Source of the DNA: Felis catus
Taxonomy: Eukaryota
Assembly (NCBI RefSeq): GCF_018350175.1
Contig: NC_058372.1
Location: forward strand, 248,001-312,000
Direction: 5' to 3'
Length of the DNA: 64,000 nucleotides
Positions 36,603 to 47,920 of the stretch are shown piece by piece (within the stretch, counting starts at the first letter, position 1; every line of letters starts with the position of its first letter). The notes under the pieces are model-generated. The model was not told the DNA's origin and ran no database searches. It saw only the letters and a list, made by a program, of their open reading frames with translations. The translations under genes and the position numbers were made by a program.

Positions 36603-37213
36603 GTGAGGCGGGGCCGGGGGCGCTCTGGGGCTGTGGGGGCCGAGGAACGGGGCGGGGTGACAGCAGTACGTGGGGAAGAGGGGAGCGGGTCTCAGGCGCG
36701 CAGAGGAAAGGAGACGGGACGCGGAGCGCGGGAAATGCGGAGGGGCGGGGTCTGAGGGGAGGGTGACTGTGAGGTCTGGGGGGACCGCGGGGGTGGGAAA
36801 CAGCCTGGGGGAGGGCTCAGGGCTCGAGGGGGACGGCGGGGTCTTGGGAGGGGGACGGCGGGGTTTCAGGGGGAGGAGGACGGTGGGGTCTGGAGGAGGG
36901 ATGGCGGGGGTGGAAAACAGCCTGGGGGAGGGCGCGAGGGGGACGGCGGGGTCTTGGGAGGGGGACGGTGGGTGTCGGAACCAACCTGGGGGAGGACGCG
37001 GGAGGGGGGGGAAGGCGGGGTCTGGTGGGAGGGCGGGGCGCGAGAAGCCTGAGCAGAGAGAAGGGCGGCCAGGGGCCATCAGTGGAGGAGGGCAGCGTTC
37101 GCCGTGCTGTTGGTGAGCGTCCTGCTCCACTCCTCCCAGGGCCCCTGGCCGGGAGAGGCGACGGCGGAGGCGGGGCCCGTGAGCCTGCAGCCCGGCCTCT
37201 GGCCGGGCCCCTC

Positions 37214-37243
37214 CCCTAACCCTAACCCTAGCCCTAACCCTAA
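37214..37243. repeat. Short telomere-like (CCCTAA)5 tract
   Basis: ccctaa ccctaa ccctag ccctaa ccctaa in RNF39 intron 1. Confidence 0.85.
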
Positions 37244-38009
37244 CCTTCCCTGCCCCTACTCCCTGCCCGACCCCCAGGCGTCCGGGACTCCTGACTGGCT
37301 TCTCCCCAGCAGCCTAGCCGGTCTCAGGTCTTGCTTCCACACTTTGAAGTCTACATAGACCTAATTAGTCCAGGTGTAATTGGCGTGATTAGGCAAATTG
37401 CCCCTCCCTTCGCCACCACACTGGGCCGCTCCAGTCATCCCCACTGGACAGTGAGGGGGGAGGGGAGTTCCTGGTGTTTGGAGGGCATCCAGCGCGGTGT
37501 CCCGAGCTGCTGGGCCTCCTGGGACACATTGGAGTCCAGCTGCCGCCTAGGCCAGGGTAGAGACACAAAGCCAAGGGCCCAATAAACGCCACTGGGCTTT
37601 TATGGCAACAGGGGAAGCAGCTTTATTACAAGGCTTTTATACACCAACTCTTAGCCCCAGGGCTCGGGGGTTTGGTCAGAGTGATGGAGGAGAGGGACAC
37701 CCTCAGGAAGGTAGATTAGGAGACACAGAATGAGGCCGGGGGACTCTGAAGGGTGAAGGGGGCAAGTCCCAGGTGTGGATGAAGCTGGGGAAGGGGAGGA
37801 GGGCGGTGGGCGGTGATGGAGGGGAAGGAGGGCCATGAAAGGACAAGGGAAAACTGAGGAAAGGGGGAGCCCAGGGGTGAAGAGGTCACTGTGAGAGGTG
37901 CCGGGGCTCACCAACCGAGTCCCAGCTACCTGAGGGAGGGGAGGATAGGGAGGGCTGCCCAAGGACGAAGCCCAGAGCTCACATCCATGTTCTCTTCTGC
38001 CCATACCAG

Positions 38010-38032
38010 GACACGAGGAAGACATGGAGGAG
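38010..38032 (+). CDS. RNF39: RNF39 exon 2 (23 bp)
   Basis: cag|GACACGAGGAAGACATGGAGGAG|gtgagt encodes DTRKTWR(R). Confidence 0.92.
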
Positions 38033-38227
38033 GTGAGTTCCGCTTTACTGCTCCTTCCTTTCTACCACCAGCTGCCACATCCGTCACCTTTTCCGTGGGC
38101 TCACCTCTCTGTCCTCACTCACACACAGCTTTTCCGGGCCCCAGAGATGTCAGTGAGGTCGGGGTGGGGGCGTCAGAGGGCAGAGGGTGTCTACGGACTT
38201 CCTGACCCTTCTCCCTCATCTGTCCAG

Positions 38228-38319
38228 ACTTGACACCCCAACACCCAAGTCATCTAACTCAGACGACGACGTCCCCGAAGATTATCCAGTGGTCAAAAAC
38301 ATGCTGCACAGACTGACGG
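38228..38319 (+). CDS. RNF39: RNF39 exon 3 (92 bp)
   Basis: LDTPTPKSSNSDDDVPEDYPVVKNMLHRLT with canonical ag/gt borders. Confidence 0.95.
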
Positions 38320-39852
38320 GTAAGGGGGGAGGGAGGGATGCACTGAGTGACAGTCTTCCCTCTCAGACAAGATCGAGTCTCTTCTGGGGTCTGTGGGACT
38401 TCCCTGAGGCAGCACTAAGCAGCACACGCTGAGGGGCTGGACCACAGAAACCCACCGTGTCAGCTCTGGGAGTCGAGGCTGGTGTTGGTGGGATGGGCTC
38501 CTTCCACGGCCCTGCCTCTCTCCCAGCCTTCCCCCTCAGATGTCCTCTCTGTTGTCTTCTCATTGTTTTTCTTCTGTGCTCATCCATCTCTGGGTCCAAA
38601 CTTGCTCTTTTTGTAAAGACACCAGTCACATTGGGCCAGGGCCTGCCCTAATGACCTCGTTTTAACTTAATTACCTCTGTAAAGACTCTGTTTCCAACTA
38701 AGTTCACATTCTGAGGTCCTGAGAGTCTACAACATTTCTTTTCGGGAGGAACATAATTCGACCCTCAACGTCAATCCTCAGTTCTTCATATTCCAGCAAT
38801 TCCCCCCTCTTATCTGTCGCGACCCTGGAAAGTCAGCTGCTTCCACCACTCTTGCTCTGTCTCTGCCCCTGGGGCTCTGGACCTTCTCTGCAGCCCCCCG
38901 GGGGGTGGGGGGTGGGGCTCCTGGCTTGCTACCAAAGCTGCCAGCCAAAGAGGAACCTGTCTGGCTCAGTCGATAGAGCATGCAATGCTTTTGTTTTGTT
39001 TTGTTTTGTTTTCAGTTTTGGGGGGGGCGGGGTAGAGGGGAAGAGAGAGAGAATAAATCTCAAGCAGGCTCCACATTCAGTGCAGAGCCTGACGGATTCA
39101 GGGCGTGATCCCACGACCCTGGGATCATGACCTAAGCTGAAATCAAGAGTCAGCCACTCAACTGACTGAGCCATCACCCAGGCACCCGCCCCCTCTCTTT
39201 TTTTTGAGCATGCAACTCTTGATCTTCGGGTTGTGAGCTCTAGCCCCACATAGGGTGTAGACATTACCTACAAAAGAACTCTTTAAAAAAACAAAACAAA
39301 ACAAAAGCCTGCCAGGAAATGTGCCCCACCCTCCTGTTACCTACCATACCCCATAACCCAGGATACTTCTAGCACCCCAATCCAGAAACCTTTCCTCAAA
39401 AGCAAACCATACACACAGGGCCGGGATTGTTTCTCTCTCCTCCTCTGCCCCAGGCCACTCCCACTTTTGCCTGGGGTCCCAGCACCCCCTGCCAGTCCTC
39501 CTCCTCAGGGCCACCTTCCTTCCGCATCCTGCTGACCCAGTTCCCACGCCCCACCACCACCACAGTAGATGCGGTATCAGTCCTCACTCCTCCCTGGAAG
39601 TCGGATCAGCCCCACTCTTCTCCCAACCCCAAACCCAAGCAGCCTCTTCATGATCTTCGCCCTGTGCCGCCTTCGCCAGGCCGGCCAGGGCTTCTCCAGG
39701 ACGGTTCTACGGAAGCAGCCCGTCCCTGCGGCGGTTGTCTCCTCCCGCTCTGGCCCCACAGCTGCCTCTGGAGCAGTTGGGAGGCCTCTTTGGTGCCCTC
39801 TGCTGCGCAGACCCCCCTGACCCTGACCCGGCCCCCCTCTTCCCCTCCGCAG

Positions 39853-40427
39853 CCGACCTGACCCTGGACCCGGGCACCGCACACCGCCAGCTGCTCATCT
39901 CAGCGGACCGCCGCAGCGTCCGGCTGGCCCCGCCGGGGACGCCCGCGCCCCCAGACGGCCCCGCGCGCTTCGACCAGCTCCCGGCGGTGCTGGGCGCGCA
40001 GGGCTTCGGGGCTGGCCGGCACTGCTGGGAGGTGGAGACCGCGGCCGCCGCCGGGGACCAGGAGGACGGGGACCAGGACAGCGGCGAAGCCCGCTACGCC
40101 GTGGGCGCGGCCGGCGAGTCGGTGCGGCGCAAGGGCCGCGTGGGGCTGTGCCCGGCGGGGGCCGTGTGGGCCGTGGAGGGCCGCGCCGGCCGCCTGTGGG
40201 CGCTCACGGAGCCCGAGCCCACCCCGGTGGGCGGCGCGGGCCCCCCGCCGCGGCGCATCCGCGTGGACGTGGACTGGGAGCGCGGCCGAGTGGCCTTCTA
40301 CGATGGGCGCTCGCTCGACCTGCTCTTCGCCTTCCAGGCGCCCGGGCCGCTGGGGCAGCGCGTCTTCCCGCTGCTCTGCACGCGTGACGCCCGTGCCCCG
40401 CTGCGCATCGTGCCGGCAGAGGGCTGA
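39853..40427 (+). CDS. RNF39: RNF39 exon 4 (B30.2/PRY-SPRY)
   Basis: DLTLDPGTAHRQLLIS...GRHCWEVE...RIRVDVDWERGRVAFYD...VPAEG*; total CDS 1053 nt = 350 aa. Confidence 0.97.
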
Positions 40428-41066
40428 GCCGCCTCCCCCCGCCTGTGCCGGGGGCCGCCTCGTCCACACACACCCCCACCCAGCCACACTGTCTCTTTTC
40501 TCCCAAGCAGGAAGATCTTGGCTGGCCTCCGGCTTCCTGCCCCTCCCTCTGGGACGCTTGCCACCTGCCTCTCCACGGCTGCCTGCTACCCTGGACCTGA
40601 GCTGGGGAACAGGCCCTGCCCCCCAATACTGGGCAACGGTGGTGTCCACTACACAGAGGCCCCGCTAGCCAAGCGTTCCCCGCCCACCCCTGCCTCTGCT
40701 GGTCTCGGAGGGCCCAGTGCCTTCTCCTCTGGCCACGGTTCCGACTTCCCTGCCCAATCTGAGGTTTATTCACCAGACTCTGGCGTGGGTCTCAGAGCCC
40801 TCCATGGAGCTCAATGCCGTTCTGGGGAGGGGGCAGGCCAGCTCTACTCCATGGTGACTGCTTCCTTTGCTCACAGCCTTGTCCTGTTAGGAACCTTCCT
40901 GACTCCCCCCTGCACACACAGTAAGCCAAGGCTGCTACCTCCCTTTCCTCTCCTCAGCAGGGGGGGTTGGCCCAAACACCCCCAAACCATCCCTGTACAC
41001 AGCATCTCATCTCTCCCCATATGTATAAATGGGCCCATATTTAACACTTTTTGAGATGTTGGGTTA

Positions 41067-41093
41067 TTTATTTTGTGCATCTGTGGCAATAAA
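41067..41093. terminator. Convergent poly(A) signals of RNF39 (+) and PPP1R11 (-)
   Basis: AATAAA on + at 41088-41093; TTTATT (AATAAA on -) at 41067-41072. Confidence 0.75.
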
Positions 41094-42039
41094 TGAGATC
41101 TCAGTGGTGGTATGATTTGACTCATCTCTGCAACTGTGCATGGCAAGAGGCCTAGGAAATGATCTCAAGATCCCAGTAAGGAGTGGGGAGGGCTGGGAGC
41201 TGGGCATCTGGGCTGGCAGAAACATCAAAGCCTAGGAAGGAAGGGGTAAGAGTGTAGTGTAGGGGACGTATCCCCATCTCTTTGCTCCCTCCCTTTCGCT
41301 TCCTCTCCCAGGGACCCAGGTCCCTGGGACAAAGCTGGATCTGTCTCTGAAGCCACAAGATGCAGGAGAAGGCTAGCTCTAAGTGGCCAATCCCCAAGCC
41401 AGCTTTGTCAGATCCTGTATCACGTGAGAAGGGTGAGGAGAGGCCATCACTATGTCCTTTTCCATTAAAGATGATAAAGCAAAGACCTCTCTCTCTCCCA
41501 GCCCCTCTGGAGGGCATGAGGGGGTAGGGTTGGGAGCCCACACATCCCACAGGCTTATATAAATACATTACTGGAAGTGCTCCAAGCCAGGATTAACAAG
41601 CATAGCTAGGGCAAGATTGCCCGGAATCTAACTGGGACCCTGGCAGTGAAAGCTGGGACTGCTGAAAACCCAATTTAAGTGTTTGGGACTCAAATAGAGA
41701 ATGCAAGGGGCCAAGAGACCTGGATCCCAGGACAGGCAGTTTGGCAGTGAGAACAAAGGGAAGAGACTGGAACCAAGACGCCTGGATCCCAGGAGAGCAG
41801 AGGATGAGGACCGGAAGGAGAAATGAGGGCTGGGAGAACCCAGAAGCCTGGGTTCTGGAATAGCAGCAAGTCAGAATTCCAGGATCTCTGTTCACCCTCC
41901 TCTCTTCCTCCCTCCGTCAGGCAGAGGAGAGGGCAGGAGGGGGCTGGAGAAGGGGTCAAACCATGGGTTTAGTCCCCAAGTAGCCACATGAATACATTCA
42001 GGGCCAGACAGACACAGGAATGGTGGGGCAGAGAGGAAT

Positions 42040-42242
42040 TTAGTGCTGCATTGGCCCTGGAGGAGGCTGGGAGGGGTCAGGAGGCTGGGGAGGGGTGCTG
42101 GGGCTCGGTCCTGGGGTTGCACGACGCCGTCCCTTGCGGTGGCCCCGTACACAGTGTGTATGACCACAGCCCTCTTCTTCTTCCTCATCGCTCTCAGTGG
42201 AGCTCTCGCCAAAGGCCCGAGGTTTCTCATAAATACAGCAGC
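42040..42242 (-). CDS. PPP1R11: PPP1R11 (PP1 inhibitor-3) exon 3
   Basis: [40 protein letters not shown]...PGPMQH*; 203 bp. Confidence 0.97.
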
Positions 42243-42532
42243 CTGGATTTGGAGGGAGGAGCCCAGTAAAAAAGGGACAAAAGTTAAGATACAGTCAGTT
42301 CCTCACCCACCAGATCTCAGTAACAACTGCTTCCACCGTGCAAGACCCAGCTTCCCCAGGCCCACCCCCCGGGGACTCAGGCCCCCAAACCCTCCTCCTG
42401 TTGGCCAGGGTCTAAAGCCTTGCTTCTGCCCGCTGATGCCTCCTGATTTCAGGCCCTGGTCTGTCCCAGGACAAGCCCTCCCTCCCTTTTCCTCCAGTCT
42501 TAGCCTCATGTCCCCGATGCCTGGAATCACCG

Positions 42533-44080
42533 AGGCAGTGACAGGCCCCTGGGCAGGTGTGAACAGGTGTGAGAAGTAGACAGTGACAGGCTGCGGGCAG
42601 GTGTGAGAAGGTGGCAGATGGGCCTGTGGGTAGGTGTGAGCAGGTGGCAGACAGGCCTGTGGGCATGTGTGAGCAGGTGTGAGCAGGTGGCAGACAGGCC
42701 TGGGGGCAGGTGTGAGCAGGCGTAAGCAGGTGGCAGACAGGTCTGTGGGCAGATGTGAGCCGGTATGAGAAGGTGGCAGCAACAGGCCTGGGGGCAGGTG
42801 TGAGCAGGTGGCAGACAGGCCTGGGACAGGTGTGAGCAGGTGGCAGAGGGGCCTGTGGGTAGGTGTGAGCAGGTGGCAGTGACAGGCCCCTGGGTAGGTG
42901 TGAGCAGGTGGCAGACAGGTCTGTGGGCAGATGTGAGCCGGTATGAGAAGGTGGCAGCAACAGGCCTGGGGGCAGGTGTGAGCAGGTGGCAGATAGACCT
43001 GTGGGCAGGTGTGAGCAGGTGTGAGCAGGTGGCAGACAGGCCTGGGGCAGGTGTGAGCAGGTGGCAGTGACAGGCCCCTGGGCAGGTGTGAGCAGGTGGC
43101 AGACAGACCTGTGGGCAGGTGTGAGCAGGTGTGAGCAGGTGGCAGACAGGCCTGGGGGCAGGTGTGAGCAGGTGGCAGATGGGCCTTTGGGTAGGTGTGA
43201 GCAGGTGTGAGAAGGTGGCAGCAACAGGCCTGTGGGCAGGTGTGAGCAGATGGCAGACAGGCCTGTGGGCATGTGTGAGCAGGTGTGAGCAGGTGGCAGA
43301 CAGGCCTGTGGGTAGGTGTGAGCAGGTGGCAGTGACAGGCCCCTGGGCAGGTGTGAGCAGGTGGCAGACAGGTCTGTGGGCAGATGTGAGCCGGTATGAG
43401 AAGGTGGCAGCAACAGGCCTGGGGGCAGGTGTGAGCAGGTGGCAGATAGACCTGTGGGCAGGTGTGAGCAGGTGGCAGACAGGCCTGGGGCAGGTGTGAG
43501 CAGGTGGCAGTGACAGGCCCCTGGGCAGGTGTGAGCAGGTGGCAGACAGACCTGTGGGCAGGTGTGAGCAGGTGTGAGCAGGTGGCAGACAGGCCTGTGG
43601 GCATGTGTGAGCAGGTGTGAGCAGGTGGCAGACAGGCCTGTGGGTAGGTGTGAGCAGGTGGCAGTGACAGGCCCCTGGGCAGGTGTGAGCAGGTGGCAGA
43701 CAGGTCTGTGGGCAGATGTGAGCCGGTATGAGAAGGTGGCAGCAACAGGCCTGGGGGCAGGTGTGAGCAGGTGGCAGACAGGCCTGTGGGCATGTGTGAG
43801 CAGGTGTGAGCAGGTGGCAGACAGGCCTGTGGGTAGGTGTGAGCAGGTGGCAGTGAAAGGCCCCTGGGCAGGTGTGAGCAGGTGGCAGACAGGCCTGTGG
43901 GCAGGTGTGAGCAGGTGTGAGCAGGTGGCAGACAGGCCTGGGAGCCGGTGTGAGCAGGTGGCAGACAGGCCTGTGGGCAGGTGTGAGCAGGTGTGAGCAG
44001 GTGGCAGACAGGCCTGGGAGCTGGTGTGAGCAGGTGGCAGACAGGCCTGTGGGCAGGTGTGGGCAGGTGTGAGCAGATGG
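42533..44080. repeat. Complex minisatellite of about 1.5 kb in PPP1R11 intron 2
   Basis: Units built from gggcaggtgtgagcaggtggcagacaggcctgt and variants; stop-free in all three minus-strand frames. Confidence 0.97.
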
Positions 44081-44097
44081 AAGAGGGAAACACTCAC

Positions 44098-44206
44098 ACT
44101 TTGATGAGCGGCGTCCCATGTGCTCGTTGTCCACAGTGTCACTCGTCCATTCTACCTTCTTCTCTGGCTTCCGCTTCCGTAGTTTGATGGTCAGGCTCCG
44201 GTTCTC
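44098..44206 (-). CDS. PPP1R11: PPP1R11 exon 2 (RVxF motif KKVEW)
   Basis: [36 protein letters not shown]; 109 bp; cag/gtgagt borders. Confidence 0.97.
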
Positions 44207-45132
44207 CTGGAAGGTTAAGAAGGACGGACAGACACAGCTAGCTCCCTCCTCCTGACCTGCCCAGCTCCCTCCCGGGGGCCCGGTTCAGTCAGTGCCCCAG
44301 ACAGACCAACAGAGGAGCCAAGTGCAGGGAAAGGACAACTGGAGCAGGTCTCTGACCTCAAGGAGACCCTTGGGGGGTTGTGACAACTGCTAGGACATGG
44401 GGAAGACACAGTTCCTAACCTAGGGAAGGTCCCAGCAAGTCTTCAAAGGAAAACATAATCCTCGCTGTTTCTCCGTCTTCCTCCCCAAATCCTCCTCGGT
44501 GGTATTAGTACCTGAGCACGATCTCCTCAGTCCCCAGTACCTAACCCTTGACTCCCATAGAGAAAGAACCACGTCCTGATCTCTCCCATCCTCAAGCCTG
44601 GCGCTCCCCTCTTCTTACCTACCTACCCCCTCGCACCCACGCGTCCCCCCATAACCCGGGGGTAACGACTACACCCTCTCTTTCTGAAAGCAACTCAACC
44701 CGTTCTTGCAGGCAGGCTACTTGTGTCTCTATTTCTCAACAGTCCTCCCATCTCGCCCTTCTCCTTCCCGCGACCCCTGCACCTCCCTTCACGCCCACCC
44801 CTTGCACAAACACGTGCTGGCAGCTGTGCTGGCGGCCAGGCTGCCTGCAGCCAAGCCTTCGCATGGAGCCCTTCGTTCCCCCCGCCCCTCCCACCCCGAC
44901 ACCCCGAGCTCCGGTCCCTGGGTCTCCAGCCCCGCCCGCGCGCAGCAGCTCCTGCGCCCCGACTCTAACTCTCTGTCACGTGTCGCCTGAGTAGCCTCCG
45001 GCAGCATCTCTACCGCTGCCCAAAGCCCCAGTACTGGCGACTGTCCCCGGCCCAGGTATCCGACCCCACTCGGCCCACAGCCCTATCCCCTCCCTCCCGG
45101 TATCACCGCCCCCCCCCCCCCGCCTTTCTCAC

Positions 45133-45201
45133 GGGCTCGGTTGTCACGGTAACCGTTGTCTCAGTGACGGTCTCACTCAGCCCGGCCCCTGCCTCGGCCA
45201 T
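45133..45201 (-). CDS. PPP1R11: PPP1R11 exon 1
   Basis: MAEAGAGLSETVTETTVTVTTEP|gtgag; total CDS 381 nt = 126 aa. Confidence 0.97.
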
Positions 45202-45299
45202 GGCTAAGGCTGAGGACAGGGAGGAGGGGAGGAAGGGGGACGACACGCCCTTCCTTTTCTCTGTGTCTCAGGGTTCTAAGCGGGCCGGGCCGGACTCAG

Positions 45300-45800
45300 G
45301 GTGGCAGCCAGGATCCTCCACCTTCTTTTTTCCCCCTCCTCCTGGGCCTCCGTTTCCCCACCCCTGGGGAGAACCTGTCCAACCCCACTTCCGGCCCGCT
45401 GCTTCCGGGTGTGACGCACTCCGTAGTTCCCCTTCTCCCTTCCACGGCACTGCACGCGTCTAAGCGCAGGCGTCGCCGGATTAGTTCCGCCGTAACGTGA
45501 CAGTGCGCAGGCGCAGCCAGCAGGAGCCGCTGACTTGGCGGAAGAGGCGTCACTGCGGGTGTGGCGCGTGGGCGGCGGGGCGCAAGCGCTGCCGAGTAGC
45601 GCCAGGAGGGGCGGTCCGGAAGGGCAGAGCCCGTGGGGCGCCGCAGCGCGGGTGTGGGGATGCGGGATAGGGGTGCGGCCCCTGGTGCAGTGGGAGCGGA
45701 TGCGGATGCTGCCCGGTGCAGTGGGGTTGGGGGTACGGGATGGGGGTGCAGGTGCAGGGGAGAACATCCGTCCTGGCGGTAGTAACCACCCCGCCTGAGC
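45300..45800 (-). promoter_or_regulatory. PPP1R11: PPP1R11 CpG-island promoter
   Basis: ETS cores (acttccgg, gcttccgg) and NRF1-type TGCGCAGGCGCA at 45504-45515. Confidence 0.7.
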
Positions 45801-46718
45801 CGGTCTTCCGTTTCCTTGCCTCTGGGAATGGAGAATTGGGCCCCAGGAGCAGGGAGAAGCACTCGATCACGAATGGGTTGTGGGGTGGGGGGCACCTGAG
45901 TGGCTCAGTCCTGGAGCGCCAGACCCTTGATTACCAGTTGGGTCATGATCCCAGGATCGTGGGATGGAGTCCTTCGTGGGGCTCCGCACTCACAGCGCAG
46001 ACCTTGTGTGAACTTCTCTGTCTCTCAATATAAATAAACCTTAAAAAATAAAGTAAATAAAAGAATGGGTTCTGGCGGTCGCCCTGTGTGTGTGCAGGTG
46101 TTGGGGCAAGGTCCTTAATGGGGCCTTCAACCGGGATTGTTGCTGGCTCTGTGTTCGGCCTTACAGCTCCCAGCCTGATGGGGAAGCCCTGATGGGGAAG
46201 CTGTAGGACTAACATCTTAGACACTGAAAGATACTAATCTCTTCTGTGAAACTGAATTTACTTACTTCTTGCCAGCACGCTCTCTGGGGTGGAGGGGAGT
46301 ACGATCAAGCACAGAAATGGTCGTAAGTTTGTGTGATGATAGAAACAGGTGCATGTTTCTAAGGAAGCAAAGAGGGGTAAAAGGAACTGGAAGGCAGCAA
46401 ATGGCTTTTTGTTTGGTAGAGAGCTGTTTACAAATTCAGTGTGTGCGCTGAAGAAAATGCAGTTTTGCGTTGCTTGGGATGTAAGAGGAGTATCAGGTGA
46501 GGCTTGGCAGGTAGGTGCGTTTATGCAGGAGGTCCTGTATGTTGCTCAGAAACTTGGACCTTACCCAGTCGGTGTTATGGGCCAGGGGAGGCTTAAAATG
46601 GGGTAGATAAAACAGATTTGTTTCAGATTTCAGAAGCGGGGTGGGAAAGTTCAGATGCACAGTAAAGTCTGCCCTGCGCATCCCTCCAAGTTGCTATGGG
46701 GGTCAAACAAGACAGGGT

Positions 46719-46925
46719 AGGGGCACCTGGGTGGCTCAGTTGGCTAAGTGTCTGACTTCGGTTCAGGTCATGATCTCATGGTTGGTGAGTTTGAGCCCCA
46801 AATCGGGCTCTGTGCTGATAGCTCGGAGCCTGGAGCCTGCTTCTGATTCTGTGTCTCCCTCTCTCTGCCCTTCCCCTAGTCACACTGTTTCTCTCTCAAA
46901 AATAAACTTAAAAAAAATTAAAAAC
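46719..46925 (+). mobile_element. Can-SINE
   Basis: Full SINE with TSD acaagacagggta. Confidence 0.88.
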
Positions 46926-47807
46926 AAACAACAAGACAGGGTAAGTCTGAGAGCCCTGAACATATAAAGGCCACACAATTACAAGGTAATCATGGTTACT
47001 ATCACCCTTTGATCACCCTTTAAGCCAAGGAATGCAAAAATACAGATTTCCAGAGTAAATCTGAATATGTTGTGTTTGAACTACAAGTTTTTGGTTCAAA
47101 CTGATAAAAATCAAGATACAACTCAGCATGTATAGTAAAGCCCATTAAAAAAGACAGTATCTCTGTGCAGTGGGATTCACAAAAAAATTCTCTTCTTTTT
47201 GCCTCTCTATATATGATTACGATGAATATGTATTACATTTATCTCAAGGGCAATAGCAAAACAATTTTCAAAGTGTCCATTGGTACCAAGTACATACTGT
47301 TATCCCTTGGTAACAGATGTTTTGTTGTCCAAATTCACATGTCAAGAGATCTGGTTAAGTTACCTGTTGAATATCCCACTCTCCCAACTCCTATGTTTGT
47401 TTCCCTAAACTCAGGAACCAAATACATTTAGTGATGGAAGATTATAATTACTTTTTTATATTAGTCCCATTCTTGGCTCTTTTTTTTTTCTTTCTTGTTC
47501 CAATTTATATTATTTTTTGTAGCTTATATACTCACTGAAAGAACAAATATATCTCTGTAAGTTCATTTAAATTCCTGTCAGAACAAGACATATTATAAAT
47601 AACATACAGATGTCTGGCTTATATAAAAAAATATAACTTTAATAAGGAAAAATAGAGTAAGTGTACTCTGGGGACAATGACACACAATGATGTCCTATGG
47701 GAGCAAACCATTGCACCTAGGATGGACAAGGGATCCAAGAACCCGATATCCTTCACCTTCCAAGGAAGAGAAGAGGGAGGGATCGCTGAGTCGCCCAGAA
47801 AAAAAAA

Positions 47808-47832
47808 TCAAGAGTCTTCTTTCTCCTGAAAC
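47808..47832 (-). CDS. POLR1H: POLR1H (ZNRD1/RPA12) last coding exon
   Basis: tag|G TTT CAG GAG AAA GAA GAC TCT TGA = FQEKEDS*; ATTAAA on - at 47638-47643. Confidence 0.93.
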
Positions 47833-47920
47833 CTATGGAGAAAGAAACGAGTCATTATATTTGAGCAAAAGAAGAGGCTCCAGCATAAGACAAGACATTC
47901 AATTAAAAGATCAAAGGAGG

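Noticed and set aside
35847-37130. 427-aa antisense ORF over RNF39 exon 1, and similar ORFs over exon 4
   Set aside because: Shadow ORFs of very GC-rich coding and repeat sequence.
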